Shown here: positions 52,895 through 62,849 of the stretch, piece by piece
Position numbering within the stretch: the stretch's first letter is position 1
Layout: each line of letters starts with the position of its first letter
Source of the DNA: an uncultured beta proteobacterium
GTDB taxonomy: Bacteria; Pseudomonadota; Gammaproteobacteria; Burkholderiales; SG8-41
Direction of reading: 5' to 3'
DNA length: 64,000 nucleotides
NCBI GenBank assembly: GCA_963734595.1
Contig: CAVTHV010000016.1
Span: 84,519-148,518, forward strand
Position numbers and translations under genes: made by a program
Notes under the pieces: model-generated
Told to the model about the DNA's origin: nothing
Databases searched by the model: none
The model's input: the letters and a program-made list of their open reading frames with translations, nothing else

Positions 52895-53968
52895 ATGGAT
52901 AAATCGACACGGACAGGAATTGCGGCATGGCTGCTGATCTGCTGCGCGCTGGTCTTCGCGATGGTGGTGGTGGGCGGCGTCACCCGGCTCACGCATTCGG
53001 GGCTGTCGATCGTCGAATGGCAGCCGATCGTGGGCACGATACCGCCGCTTGACGAGACCGCGTGGCAGGACGCGTTCCACAAGTACCAGCAGACGCCCGA
53101 GTACAAGCAGGTCAACCACGGCATGAGCCTGCAGGAGTTCAAGGGCATTTTCTGGATGGAATATTTCCATCGCCTGCTGGGACGGCTGATCGGCTTCGTG
53201 TTTCTGCTGCCTTTGCTTTATTTTCTGGTGCGCCGCAAGTTCGACCCGCCGTTCGCGCTCAAGCTGTCCGGCATATTCGTGCTCGGCGCGCTGCAGGGCG
53301 CGATGGGCTGGTACATGGTGAAAAGCGGGCTCGTCGACGATCCGCGCGTCAGCCAGTACCGCCTCACCGCGCACCTCGGCCTGGCGTTCGCGATCTACGG
53401 CGTGATGTTGTGGGTGGCGCTCGGCCTGCTGTTTCCGGAGCGCGCCGCGCCCGGCGACGACCGGTTGCAGCCGTTGCGGCGCTTCGCGCGGGGACTCGCG
53501 GCCCTCATTTTCGTGATGGTGCTCTCCGGCGGATTCGTCGCCGGGATACACGCCGGCTTCGCCTACAACACGTTCCCGCTGATGAACGGCCACCTCGTGC
53601 CGCCGGAGCTGTTCATGCTCGATCCGTGGTACCTGAACTTCTTCAACAACATGGCGACCGTCCAGTTCGACCATCGCCTGATCGCGCTGTCGCTCGCCGT
53701 GCTCGTGCCCGCGTTCTGGTTGAAGGCGATGAAAACCGGTCTGCCGCGCCGCGCGCGCCTGTTCAGCCACCTGCTGCCGCTCGCGCTGGCGGTGCAGATC
53801 ACGCTCGGCATCTGCACGCTGTTATGGGTGGTCCCGGTCGGGCTGGCCGCGGCCCATCAGGCGGGCGCGCTGGTGCTGTTCACCGTCGTCCTCGCTCTCA
53901 CCCACGCACTCGGCAGCCCGTCCGCGCGCCCCGGCGACGTCGCGACCGTTCCACCCCGCAGGCTCTGA
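52895..53968 (+). CDS. ctaA: Heme A synthase (COX15/CtaA family)
   Basis: [34 protein letters not shown] and FDHRLIA motifs; polytopic (8 TM helices expected for the family). Confidence 0.85.
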   Translation: MDKSTRTGIAAWLLICCALVFAMVVVGGVTRLTHSGLSIVEWQPIVGTIPPLDETAWQDAFHKYQQTPEYKQVNHGMSLQEFKGIFWMEYFHRLLGRLIGFVFLLPLLYFLVRRKFDPPFALKLSGIFVLGALQGAMGWYMVKSGLVDDPRVSQYRLTAHLGLAFAIYGVMLWVALGLLFPERAAPGDDRLQPLRRFARGLAALIFVMVLSGGFVAGIHAGFAYNTFPLMNGHLVPPELFMLDPWYLNFFNNMATVQFDHRLIALSLAVLVPAFWLKAMKTGLPRRARLFSHLLPLALAVQITLGICTLLWVVPVGLAAAHQAGALVLFTVVLALTHALGSPSARPGDVATVPPRRL

Positions 53969-54014
53969 CGCGACGCTCGCTAAGAGCGCATTTCAAAAAG
54001 CAGGACGACGAAGC

Positions 54015-54113
54015 CACAGAGAACACAGAGTTCACAGAGAGAATAAAAAAACTTATTTAAAACAATCAAATACGAAATATGTCTCGGTATTGGTTTTTCC
54101 TCGTGTTCTCGTG
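54015..54113. repeat. Inverted arrays of short tandem repeats flanking an AT-rich core
   Basis: Three CACAGAG units at 9-nt spacing (54015..54039) face two inverted CACGAG units (ctcgtg at 54100..54113). About 60 bp of AT-rich sequence lies between them. Confidence 0.5.
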
Positions 54114-54120
54114 TCTCGGG

Positions 54121-54510
54121 CTAAAGCCAATCGGACGGCAGCGGGTTGCGGGTCAGCGCAACCGCCACGATATAGAAAAACACGATCTGCGCGGCGACCC
54201 AGGCCGCGATGCGTGTCCGGCGCGTCCTGCCGCGTCCGAGCGCGATCATCCCGAGACCGATGTAGACCAGCAGCCCCACGACTTTCGCCGTCAACCAGGA
54301 ACTGACGAACGGATACTGGCGGATCGTCACCGCCAGCGCGATCGCGCTCGCAAGCAGCACCGTGTCGACGACATGCGGCGCGACTTTCACCCAGCGCCGC
54401 TGCAGCATCGCCGACTGGCGCGCCATCCACACGCCGCGCGTGAAAAACAGCGCATAGCTCGCCGCCACGCAGGCCACGTGCAGCGCCTTGAGCGCCGGGT
54501 AAGCCGTCAT
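54121..54510 (-). CDS. SirB2-like small membrane protein
   Basis: 129 aa, 4 TM helices, starting LKALHVACVAASYALFFTRG. Confidence 0.55.
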   Translation of the reverse strand: MTAYPALKALHVACVAASYALFFTRGVWMARQSAMLQRRWVKVAPHVVDTVLLASAIALAVTIRQYPFVSSWLTAKVVGLLVYIGLGMIALGRGRTRRTRIAAWVAAQIVFFYIVAVALTRNPLPSDWL

Positions 54511-54513
54511 CGC

Positions 54514-55272
54514 CTACTGCACCAGCGGCGAACCGGCGCCGTTGAGATCGATGCCGCTCACCTCGGCTTTGCCGGCGAGGATCTGCAGATACTGGCGCAG
54601 TGCATTGTGCCGGACCGTGTCGGTCAGAAACTCCGCGATCCGGTCTTTGACCATTTCGAACGGCAGCTGCCGGCCTTCGATGCGGCGCGCGACCTGCACG
54701 ATATGAAAACCATAGCGCGTATTGACCAGGCGCGGCAGCACGCCCGGCGCCGGGCCCTCGAACAGCGCCGCCTCGAACTCCGGAACCGTTTCGCCGCGCC
54801 GCAGCTGTCCCAGATTGCCGCCCTGCGCGCCGGACGGACAATTCGAATGGCTGGCGGCGAGTTCGGCGAATCGCTGCGGTTCCGCGACGACCGTCCTCAG
54901 CGTGGCCTCCGCGGTGGCGCGGATTTCGTTGACCGGGGCGCTGGGCGTCACCGCAAACAGGATATGCGAAGCCTCGACGAGATCGCCGCTGCGGAAGCGG
55001 CCGGCGTTCGCATCGTAATAGCGGCGGCTCTCTTCTTCCGTCGGCACGGGCGTCACCACTTCGCGCTCGAGCAGGGCGTCGAGCACCGCGTCTTCCGCAG
55101 CCCCGCCGCCGTCGGTATCGAGCCCGACCTCGCGCGCCCGCTGCAGCAGGAGTTCCTTGATCGCGAGCGCATAGCACGCGGCCTCGTGCGGCGACGGCGC
55201 GCCGGCATGCGCCGCCGCTTCGCGTTCGATCGCTTCGTCGGGAATGGCCGTGCCGTTGATGACGATGCTCAT
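54514..55272 (-). CDS. PpiC/parvulin-type peptidyl-prolyl isomerase (nar-cluster associated)
   Basis: Start at MSIVINGT. ASHILF, GGNLGQLRRGETVPEFEAALF and YGFHIVQV. Confidence 0.8.
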   Translation of the reverse strand: MSIVINGTAIPDEAIEREAAAHAGAPSPHEAACYALAIKELLLQRAREVGLDTDGGGAAEDAVLDALLEREVVTPVPTEEESRRYYDANAGRFRSGDLVEASHILFAVTPSAPVNEIRATAEATLRTVVAEPQRFAELAASHSNCPSGAQGGNLGQLRRGETVPEFEAALFEGPAPGVLPRLVNTRYGFHIVQVARRIEGRQLPFEMVKDRIAEFLTDTVRHNALRQYLQILAGKAEVSGIDLNGAGSPLVQ

Positions 55273-55295
55273 GGTGCCTGCGCTCGCGTCGTTGC

Positions 55296-55745
55296 TCACC
55301 GCGTCAGGCGCAGCTTCACGAACTCTCCGACCAGCAGCGCCGCCGGGTACAGCACCTCCTCCTCGTTGCGCGCATGATGCATCAGGCGATAGGCGAACTC
55401 CGCCCATTCCGTGTTGTCGCCCTTGCGCGCGGCGTCCATCATCTCGGTCAGCGCGACCGCGATCAGCTTGTGCTCGTTGAGCATCGTCGGCAGCTCGTGT
55501 TTCAGCTGCGCCGTGAGCGACATCACGTCGACCATTTCCGGAGTGAACTTGCCCTGCGCGAGGTCCGGGAGCAGCGCAAGCGCCGGCAGCGCGAACTGCT
55601 CCTCCTTCGTGAAATGCGGGCGCAGCAGGCGCGCGACGGTGCGCGCCGCCTCGCCGACCTTGCCGGGCTCCTTGCCCGCGCGCACCAGATCGGCATGCAA
55701 TTTCTCATGTTCTTCCTTGAGCGTCTTGGGAATCGTGAAAACCAT
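55296..55745 (-). CDS. Hemerythrin HHE domain protein
   Basis: LKEEHEKLHADL, HFTKEEQFALP and HHARNEEEVLYP. Confidence 0.75.
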   Translation of the reverse strand: MVFTIPKTLKEEHEKLHADLVRAGKEPGKVGEAARTVARLLRPHFTKEEQFALPALALLPDLAQGKFTPEMVDVMSLTAQLKHELPTMLNEHKLIAVALTEMMDAARKGDNTEWAEFAYRLMHHARNEEEVLYPAALLVGEFVKLRLTR

Positions 55746-55759
55746 GATTCAGCTCCTTG

Positions 55760-56097
55760 TTATTGTTCCGCGCTGCGCGGCATCGAAGGCGGCGGCCACA
55801 GCACCGGCCCGACCCGCCAGGCGTAAATCAAGAGCGACAACCACATCAGGATACCGCCTGCCAGCGTAGCATGCACGCCCGGCAAGGCGAAACCGGCGCA
55901 AAAAACGATGATGCCGGCATGGATCGCGAGAACTGCGCCCACGGCCACGCGCCATGCGGATCGGGTTGCCGGTGAAGCGGCAGCATGTGCGCGCCCAGGC
56001 CGTAAATCAGCGACAGCACGAACCCCGCCGTAAACAGCCAGGCGCCGGACAATACGAAACAGATTATCGCAGCGCGAACGGCAGTTTTCGCGGGCAT
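55760..56097 (-). CDS. Small hydrophobic protein downstream of narI, with apparent frame breaks near 55950-55975
   Basis: Pieces 55846..56097 and 55760..55948 join as ..LIYGLGAHMLP(R)FTGNPIRM..AVGAVLAIHAGIIVF.. No family recognised. Confidence 0.4.
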
Positions 56098-56104
56098 TGC
56101 GGCG

Positions 56105-56803
56105 TCAGCTCCTGCTGCGCACGATCTGATAGGCGCGCGCCACATAAGCGACCGCGCCAAAGCCGCTCCACACGTGGACCAGGCGCGAGAACGGGAACAG
56201 CACGAACAGCGTCATGCCGAAGAACAGGTGCACCTTGTAAATCGGGTGCACGCCGGCGATGAACGCGGCCGCGCCGCCGCGCAGGGTCACGATATGCTGC
56301 GCCCAGTTGGCGAGCAGGATCATCACGCTGCCGTCGGTGTGCCCGAGCGAGACGTAGATGCTGGCGAGCCCCAGCGAGAGCGTGACCAGTATCCACAGCA
56401 GGATGAAAATGTCCATGCGGGTCGAGGTGGCGCGGATGCGCGGCTCGGTCAGGCGCCGGTGGACCAGCAGCAGCATGCCCGCCAGACACAGGGCACCGAA
56501 TACGCCGCCGGCGGTGATCGCCAGCATCTGTTTCGCCTCGGTCGACAGTCCCAGTGCGTGGTACAGCTCTTTCGGCGTCAGCAGCCCGGCCATGTGGCCG
56601 AAGAAGAGCGCGAGGATCCCGATATGGAACAGGTTGCTGCCCAGCCGCAACTGGCCGCGCTTCAGCAATTCGCTGGAATCGCTTTTCCACGTGTACTGTT
56701 CGCGGTCGAAGCGGATCAGGCTGCCCGCGAAGAACACCGTCAGGGCGAAATACGGGTAATACCCGAACAGAATCTGGTTCAAATAGCCGGAAATATCCAT
56801 CAT
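56105..56803 (-). CDS. narI: Respiratory nitrate reductase gamma subunit
   Basis: FGYYPYFALTVFFAGSLIRFDREQYTW, HIGILALFFGH and FSRLVHVWS. Confidence 0.95.
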   Translation of the reverse strand: MMDISGYLNQILFGYYPYFALTVFFAGSLIRFDREQYTWKSDSSELLKRGQLRLGSNLFHIGILALFFGHMAGLLTPKELYHALGLSTEAKQMLAITAGGVFGALCLAGMLLLVHRRLTEPRIRATSTRMDIFILLWILVTLSLGLASIYVSLGHTDGSVMILLANWAQHIVTLRGGAAAFIAGVHPIYKVHLFFGMTLFVLFPFSRLVHVWSGFGAVAYVARAYQIVRSRS

Positions 56804-56813
56804 CGCTCTCCCG

Positions 56814-57473
56814 TCATGCCACTTTGTTCATGAAGCGGACCACCTGCACCTTCGGTTTCACATCGGTGCAGCCGGGTCCGAAAATCACCGGCTCGTCCAC
56901 CCACTCGTCGTCGAGCGCGGGCGTCTCCGCAGCGCGCGGCGCGCGCGGTTTCGGCTGGTAATCGAGCGCCGGCTCGCCGGCGATGGCGAGCAGCGCGCCG
57001 GGCACCGCGCCGTAGCGGCTGTCATGCCCGACCAGCGCCTCGCCGACCGCGCGCAGGACGTGGGCGCAGTCGCCGAGCATCTCGCGCACTTCCTCGGGCG
57101 GCCGCGTGGAAAGATACTCGAGCACCGCCGGCAGGTAGTCAGGCAGCTCGTTCGCCGCGATCGCCATGCCGTGGCTCGCGTAGAGCGCGTTGAGATCCAC
57201 CATCGCCTGGCCGCGATCGCGCGCGTCGCCGTGCACGTGCTCGAACAAATGCAGGGAAGTCGCGCGCCCGCGGTCGAACAGCTCGACGTAGCGCTCCTGC
57301 GCGTCGAGCGGATCGGCCGCGGCGAGCTCGTCGATCAGCGCGGCAAGCCGCGTCCGGTCGTCGCGCCCGAGCCGTTTTTCCGCCTCGACGATGCCGCGGA
57401 TCTCGGGCAGCGCCGCGAGCAGCGCCGGTTCGGGATAAGTCAGCAGGGCAGCGAGTGCTTTCAGTGTGCGCAT
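56814..57473 (-). CDS. narJ: Nitrate reductase molybdenum cofactor assembly chaperone
   Basis: LLTYPE, YVELFDRGRATSLHLFEHVHGD and LPDYLP. Confidence 0.9.
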   Translation of the reverse strand: MRTLKALAALLTYPEPALLAALPEIRGIVEAEKRLGRDDRTRLAALIDELAAADPLDAQERYVELFDRGRATSLHLFEHVHGDARDRGQAMVDLNALYASHGMAIAANELPDYLPAVLEYLSTRPPEEVREMLGDCAHVLRAVGEALVGHDSRYGAVPGALLAIAGEPALDYQPKPRAPRAAETPALDDEWVDEPVIFGPGCTDVKPKVQVVRFMNKVA

Positions 57474-57482
57474 GGGGGTCTC

Positions 57483-59003
57483 CTAGACTGCCGCCTTGAT
57501 GGGGATGACTTTCCGCTTGCCGCCGAACAGGCTCGCCTTGCTTTCGCCGTCGGAGCAGCCGTTGCCGAACGAGAAGCCGCAGCCGCCGCGCAGGTCGAAC
57601 GCATCCTCCGCGTACTCGCGGTGCGCGGTCGGGATCACGAAGCGGTCTTCGTAATTGGCGATCGCCATGTAGCGGTACATCTGCTCGACGTCGTGCACGC
57701 TCATGCCGACCTGCTTCAACACCTCGCTGTTCTCGCGCTTCTCGACGTGCCGGTCGCGCATGTAGGCGCGCATCGCCAGCATGCGCTCGAGCGCGGCCGC
57801 CACCGGCGCCTCGTCGCCCGCGGTCAGCAGGTTGGCCAGGTACTGGAGCGGGATGCGCAGGCTGCGCACGTCGGGCAGCTGGCCGAACGCGCCGACCTGG
57901 CCCGAATTCGCCGCCGCCGTGATCGGCGACAGCGGCGGCACGTACCACACCATCGGCAGCGTGCGGTATTCCGGGTGCAGCGGCAGCGCCACTTTCCAGT
58001 CCATCGCCATCTTGTAGACCGGCGAGGCTTTCGCCGCCGTCAGCCACGATTCCGGCACGCCGTCTTTGCGCGCCTGCTCGATCACCTCCTGCGCGTTCGG
58101 ATCGAGGAACAGGCCGAGCTGCGCCTTGTAGAGGTCTTTCTCGTCGGCGACGCTCGCCGCTTCCTCGATGCGGTCGGCGTCATACAGCAGCACGCCCAGG
58201 TAGCGGATGCGGCCGACGCAGGTTTCCGAGCACACCGTCGGCTGCCCGGACTCGATGCGCGGGTAGCAGAAGATGCACTTCTCGGCCTTGCCGCTCTGCC
58301 AGTTGTAATAGATCTTTTTGTACGGGCAACCCGACACGCACATGCGCCAGCCGCGGCACTTGTCCTGGTCGATCAGCACGATGCCGTCCTCCTCGCGCTT
58401 GTAGATCGAGCCCGACGGGCACGACGCGACGCACGTCGGATTCAGGCAGTGCTCGCACAGGCGCGGCAGGTACATCATGAACGTGTTCTCGAACTGGCCG
58501 TAGATGTCCTTCTGCACGGACTCGAAGTTCGCGTCCTTCGAGCGCTTGGCGAACTCGCCGCCGAGAATTTCCTCCCAGTTCGGGCCCCACTCGATTTTCT
58601 CCATGCGCTCGCCGCTGATCAGCGAGCGCGGCCGCGCCACCGGCGGCGCCTTCATCTCGGGCGCGGTGTGCAGGTGCTCGTAATCGAAGGTGAACGGCTC
58701 GTAATAGTCGTCGATCTGCGGCAGGTTCGGGTTGGCGAAGATCTTCATCAGCAGCGACAATTTGCCGCCCTGCTTCGGCTCGATCTTGCCGTTGCTCTTG
58801 CGCACCCAGCCGCCGTTCCACTTGGACTGGTTCTCCCATTGCTTCGGATAACCGATGCCGGGCTTGGTCTCGACGTTGTTGAACCACGCGTATTCCATGC
58901 CGGGCCGCGAGGTCCACACGTTCTTGCAGGTGACCGAGCAGGTGTGACAGCCGATGCACTTGTCCAGATTCAGCACCATGCCGATTTGCGCGCGCACTTT
59001 CAT
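57483..59003 (-). CDS. narH: Respiratory nitrate reductase beta subunit
   Basis: Intact 506 aa. MKVRAQIGMVLNLDKCIGCHTCSVTCK plus further FeS Cys clusters. Confidence 0.95.
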   Translation of the reverse strand: MKVRAQIGMVLNLDKCIGCHTCSVTCKNVWTSRPGMEYAWFNNVETKPGIGYPKQWENQSKWNGGWVRKSNGKIEPKQGGKLSLLMKIFANPNLPQIDDYYEPFTFDYEHLHTAPEMKAPPVARPRSLISGERMEKIEWGPNWEEILGGEFAKRSKDANFESVQKDIYGQFENTFMMYLPRLCEHCLNPTCVASCPSGSIYKREEDGIVLIDQDKCRGWRMCVSGCPYKKIYYNWQSGKAEKCIFCYPRIESGQPTVCSETCVGRIRYLGVLLYDADRIEEAASVADEKDLYKAQLGLFLDPNAQEVIEQARKDGVPESWLTAAKASPVYKMAMDWKVALPLHPEYRTLPMVWYVPPLSPITAAANSGQVGAFGQLPDVRSLRIPLQYLANLLTAGDEAPVAAALERMLAMRAYMRDRHVEKRENSEVLKQVGMSVHDVEQMYRYMAIANYEDRFVIPTAHREYAEDAFDLRGGCGFSFGNGCSDGESKASLFGGKRKVIPIKAAV

Positions 59004-62000
59004 GACTGTTCTCCTTGCACTGCAGCCGGCTCGTCGAGCCAGTCGACCGTCTTCATTTTCCTGACGACGACGAACTCGTCACGATTGGTGCCGATCGTGC
59101 CGTAATAGTTGAAACCGTAGCTCAGCTGCGCGTAGCCGCCGATCATGTGCGTCGGCTTGACGACGATGCGCGTCACCGAATTGTGGATGCCGCCGCGCGA
59201 GCCGGTGATCTCCGATCCGGGAACGTTCACGATCTTCTCCTGCGCGTGGTACATCAGGCACATGCCCTCCTTGACCCGCTGCGACACCACCGCGCGCGCG
59301 GTGATGGCGCCGTTCACGTTGTAGAGCTCGATCCAGTCGTTGTCCTCGATGCCGGCCTTCTGCGCGTCGGTCTCGGACAGCCACACGATCGGCCCGCCGC
59401 GCGACAGCGTCAGCATCAGCAGGTTGTCGGTGTAGGTCGAGTGGATGCCCCACTTCTGGTGCGGCGTGATGAAATTGAGCACGACTTCCGGATTGCCGTT
59501 CGGCTTGTGCCCCTGGATCGGATGGACCGCCTTGAGATCGACCGGCGGCTTGTACACGCAGAGCCCCTCGCCGAAGCCGAGCATCCACTTGTGGTCCTGG
59601 TAGAACTGCTGGCGCCCGGTCAGCGTGCGCCACGGGATCAGCTCGTGCACGTTGGTGTAGCCGGCGTTGTAGCTGACGTGCTCGGACTCGATGCCGCTCC
59701 ACGTCGGGCTGGAAATGATCTTGCGCGGCTGCGCCTGGATGTCGCGGAAGCGGATCTTTTCGTCTTCCTTGGCCGCCGCCAGGTGCTTGTGCTCGCGGCC
59801 GGTGATTTTGGACAGCGCTTCCCACGCCTTGACCGCGACTTCGCCGTTGGTCTCGGGCGCAAGCATCAGCACCACCTCGCACGCGTCGATGTCGGACTCG
59901 ATGCGCGGCATGCCCTTGGTGATGCCCTCCTCCGCAACCGGGTAGTTGAGCGCGCGCAGCGCATCGACCTCGTGCTCGGTATTCCACGCGATGCCCTTGC
60001 CGCCGTTGCCGACCTTCGCCATCAGCGGCCCCAGCGCCGTGAACTTCTTGTAGGTATTCGGGTAATCGCGCTCGATCACCGTGATCTGCGGCGCGGTCTT
60101 GCCGGGAACGAGGTCGCACTCGCCGCGCTTCCAGTCCTTGATGTCCGTCGCCTGCGCGAGCTCGCCCGGGGTGTCGTGCATCGTCGGCGTCAGCACCAGG
60201 TCTTTCTCGACGCCGAGCTGGCCGACCGCGACTTCGGAAAACTTTTTCGCGATGCCCTTGTAGATCTCCCAGTCGCTGCGCGATTCCCACACCGGGTCCA
60301 CCGCCGCCGACAGCGGGTGGATGAACGGGTGCATGTCTGAGGTGTTGAGGTCGTTCTTTTCGTACCAGGTCGCCGTCGGCAGCACGATGTCCGAATACAG
60401 GCAGGTCGTCGACATGCGGAAGTCCAGCGTCACCAGCAGGTCGAGCTTGCCGATGGGCGCATCTTCGTGCCATTTCACTTCCTGCGGCTTGTCGCCGCCC
60501 AGGCTGCCGAGATCCTTGCCCTGCACGCCATGAACGGTGCCGAGCAGGTGCTTGAGGAAGTACTCGTGGCCCTTGCCGCTCGAGCCCAGCAGGTTGGAGC
60601 GCCACACGAACATGTTGCGCGGAAAGTTTGCCGGATGATCGGGGTCTTCGCACGACATTTTCAGCGAGCCGTCCCTGAGCGCCTTCACCACGTAGTCCTT
60701 CGGATCCACGCCGGCGGTTGCCGCGTCTTTCGCCACCTGGATCGGGTTGAGCTGCAGCTGCGGCGCGCTCGGCAGCCAGCCCATGCGTTCGGCGCGCACG
60801 TTGAAATCGATCAGGCTGCCGCCGAATTCCTTCGGGTCCGCCAGCGGCGACAGGATTTCCTTCACCGCGAGCTTCTCGTAGCGCCACTGGTCGGTGTGCG
60901 CGTAAAAGAACGAGGTCGAATTCATCTGGCGCGGCGGACGGTGCCAGTCGAGCGCGAAGGCGAGCGCGGTCCAGCCGGTCTGCGGCCTCAGCTTTTCCTG
61001 GCCGACGTAATGCGACCAGCCGCCGCCCGACTTGCCGACGCAGCCGCACATCACCAGCATGTTGATGATGCCGCGGTAGTTCATGTCGCAGTGATACCAG
61101 TGGTTCATCGCCGCGCCGATGATGACCATCGACTTGCCCTCGGTCTTGTCGGCGTTGTCGGCGAACTGGCGCGCGACGGTGATGACATCGGCCGCCTTGA
61201 CGCCGGTGATCTTCTCCTGCCAGCGCGGCGTGTACGGCACGTCCTCGTCATAGGATTTGGCGACGTGCGCGCCGCCCAGGCCGCGGTCGATGCCGTAGTT
61301 GGCGACCATCAGGTCGAACACCGTCGCCACGCAGCACTCGCCGCCGGCGAGCGCGAGCTTCCTGACGGGAACGTTGCGCAGCAGAACGTCGGCGCCCTGG
61401 TCGTTGTTCTGGAACTGTTCGTTGACGATGCCGCCGAAGTACGGGAACGCGACCGGCACGACCTCGTCGCGGCGGTCGATCAGCGACAGCGCGCAGTTTG
61501 ACCTCGGCGCCCGACGCCGCATTCTTCGGTTCGAGATTCCACTTGCCGTCGGACTGCCCCCAGCGGAACCCGACCGAGCCGTTGGGCGTCACCACGTCGC
61601 CCGACGTCTCGTCGACGCCGACGGTCTTCCAGTCCGGATTGTTGGACTGGCCGAACTGGCCGGAGAAATCGCTGGCGCGGACAAAACGGTCGGGCACGTA
61701 GCGGTCGCCGCGTTTGACCAGCTTCACGAGCAGCGGCATGTCGCTGTAGCGCCGCACGTAGTCGCTGAAATACGCCGACGGTTTTTCGAGATGAAACTCC
61801 TTGAGGATCACGTGCCCCATCGCCATCGCCATCGCGGCGTCGGTGCCCTGCTTCGGATGCAGCCACAGGTCGCACAGCTTCGCGACCTCGGAATAGTCCG
61901 GCGTGACGGCGACCGTCTTCGCGCCCTTGTAGCGCACCTCGGTGAAGAAGTGCGCATCCGGCGTGCGCGTCTGCGGCACGTTCGAGCCCCACGCCATGAT

Positions 62001-62744
62001 GAACGTCGAGTTGTACCAGTCGGCCGACTCGGGCACGTCGGTCTGCTCGCCCCATACCTGCGGGCTGGACGGCGGCAGGTCGCAATACCAGTCGTAGAAG
62101 CTCATGCACACGCCGCCGATCAGCGACAGATAGCGGCTGCCCGCGGCGTACGACACCATCGACATCGCCGGAATCGGCGAAAAACCGATCACGCGATCGG
62201 GACCGTACTGCTTGATGGTATGGACGTTGGCCGCGGCGATGATCTCGTTGACCTCGTCCCACGTCGAACGCACGAAGCCGCCCATGCCGCGCACCGCCTG
62301 GTACGACTTCAGCTTCTGCGCATCGCCGGTGATCGCGGCCCACGCCTCGACCGGCGCTTTCGTCTGGCGCGCTTCGCGCCACAGGCGGATCAGGCGGCCG
62401 CGCACCATCGGGTACTTGATGCGGTTGGCGCTGTACAGGTACCAGCTGTAGCTCGCGCCGCGCGAGCAGCCGCGCGGCTCGTGGTTGGGCATGTCGGCCC
62501 GGGTGCGCGGATAGTCGGTCTGCTGCGTCTCCCACGTGACGATGCCGCCCTTCACGTAAATCTTCCAGCTGCACGAGCCGGTGCAGTTCACGCCGTGCGT
62601 GGAGCGCACGATCTTGTCGTGCTGCCAGCGCTTGCGGTAGCCGTCCTCCCAGGTGCGGTCTTCATTGGTGACGACGCCATGCCCGCCGGCAAACTCCGGG
62701 TGCGGGCGCGTGAAGTACGTCAGGCGGTCGAGAAAGTGGCTCAT
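59000..62744 (-). CDS. narG: Respiratory nitrate reductase alpha subunit, with one apparent +1 frameshift near 61490
   Basis: MSHFLDRLTYF.., HGVNCTGSCSWKIYVKGG. Pieces 61248..62744 and 59000..61522 join at ..GAEVKLALSLIDRRD.. once one base is removed. Confidence 0.95.
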
Positions 62745-62756
62745 GTCAAACTCCGT

Positions 62757-62845
62757 GTAATGAGTAATGGGTAATGGGTAATGGCGTAATGAGTAATCGA
62801 GCGAGAATGGTTTTACCCATTACTCATCACTCGTTACTCATCACC
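62757..62845. promoter_or_regulatory. Array of NarL-type heptamers (TACYYMT / AKRRGTA) that also forms an imperfect long hairpin, in the narK-narG spacer
   Basis: Plus strand: ATGAGTA ATGGGTA ATGGGTA (ATGGcGTA) ATGAGTA, a ~20-nt spacer, then TACCCAT TACTCAT (cactcgt) TACTCAT. The arm gtaatgagtaatgggta pairs with tacccattactcatcac with one mismatch. Confidence 0.5.
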
Positions 62846-62849
62846 AGCT

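Noticed and set aside
62757-62799. The tandem GTAATGR heptamers considered as a CRISPR-like or coding repeat.
   Set aside because: The units are 7 nt with no spacers, the region is ~90 nt, and it contains stops in all frames. It is not a CRISPR array and not coding.
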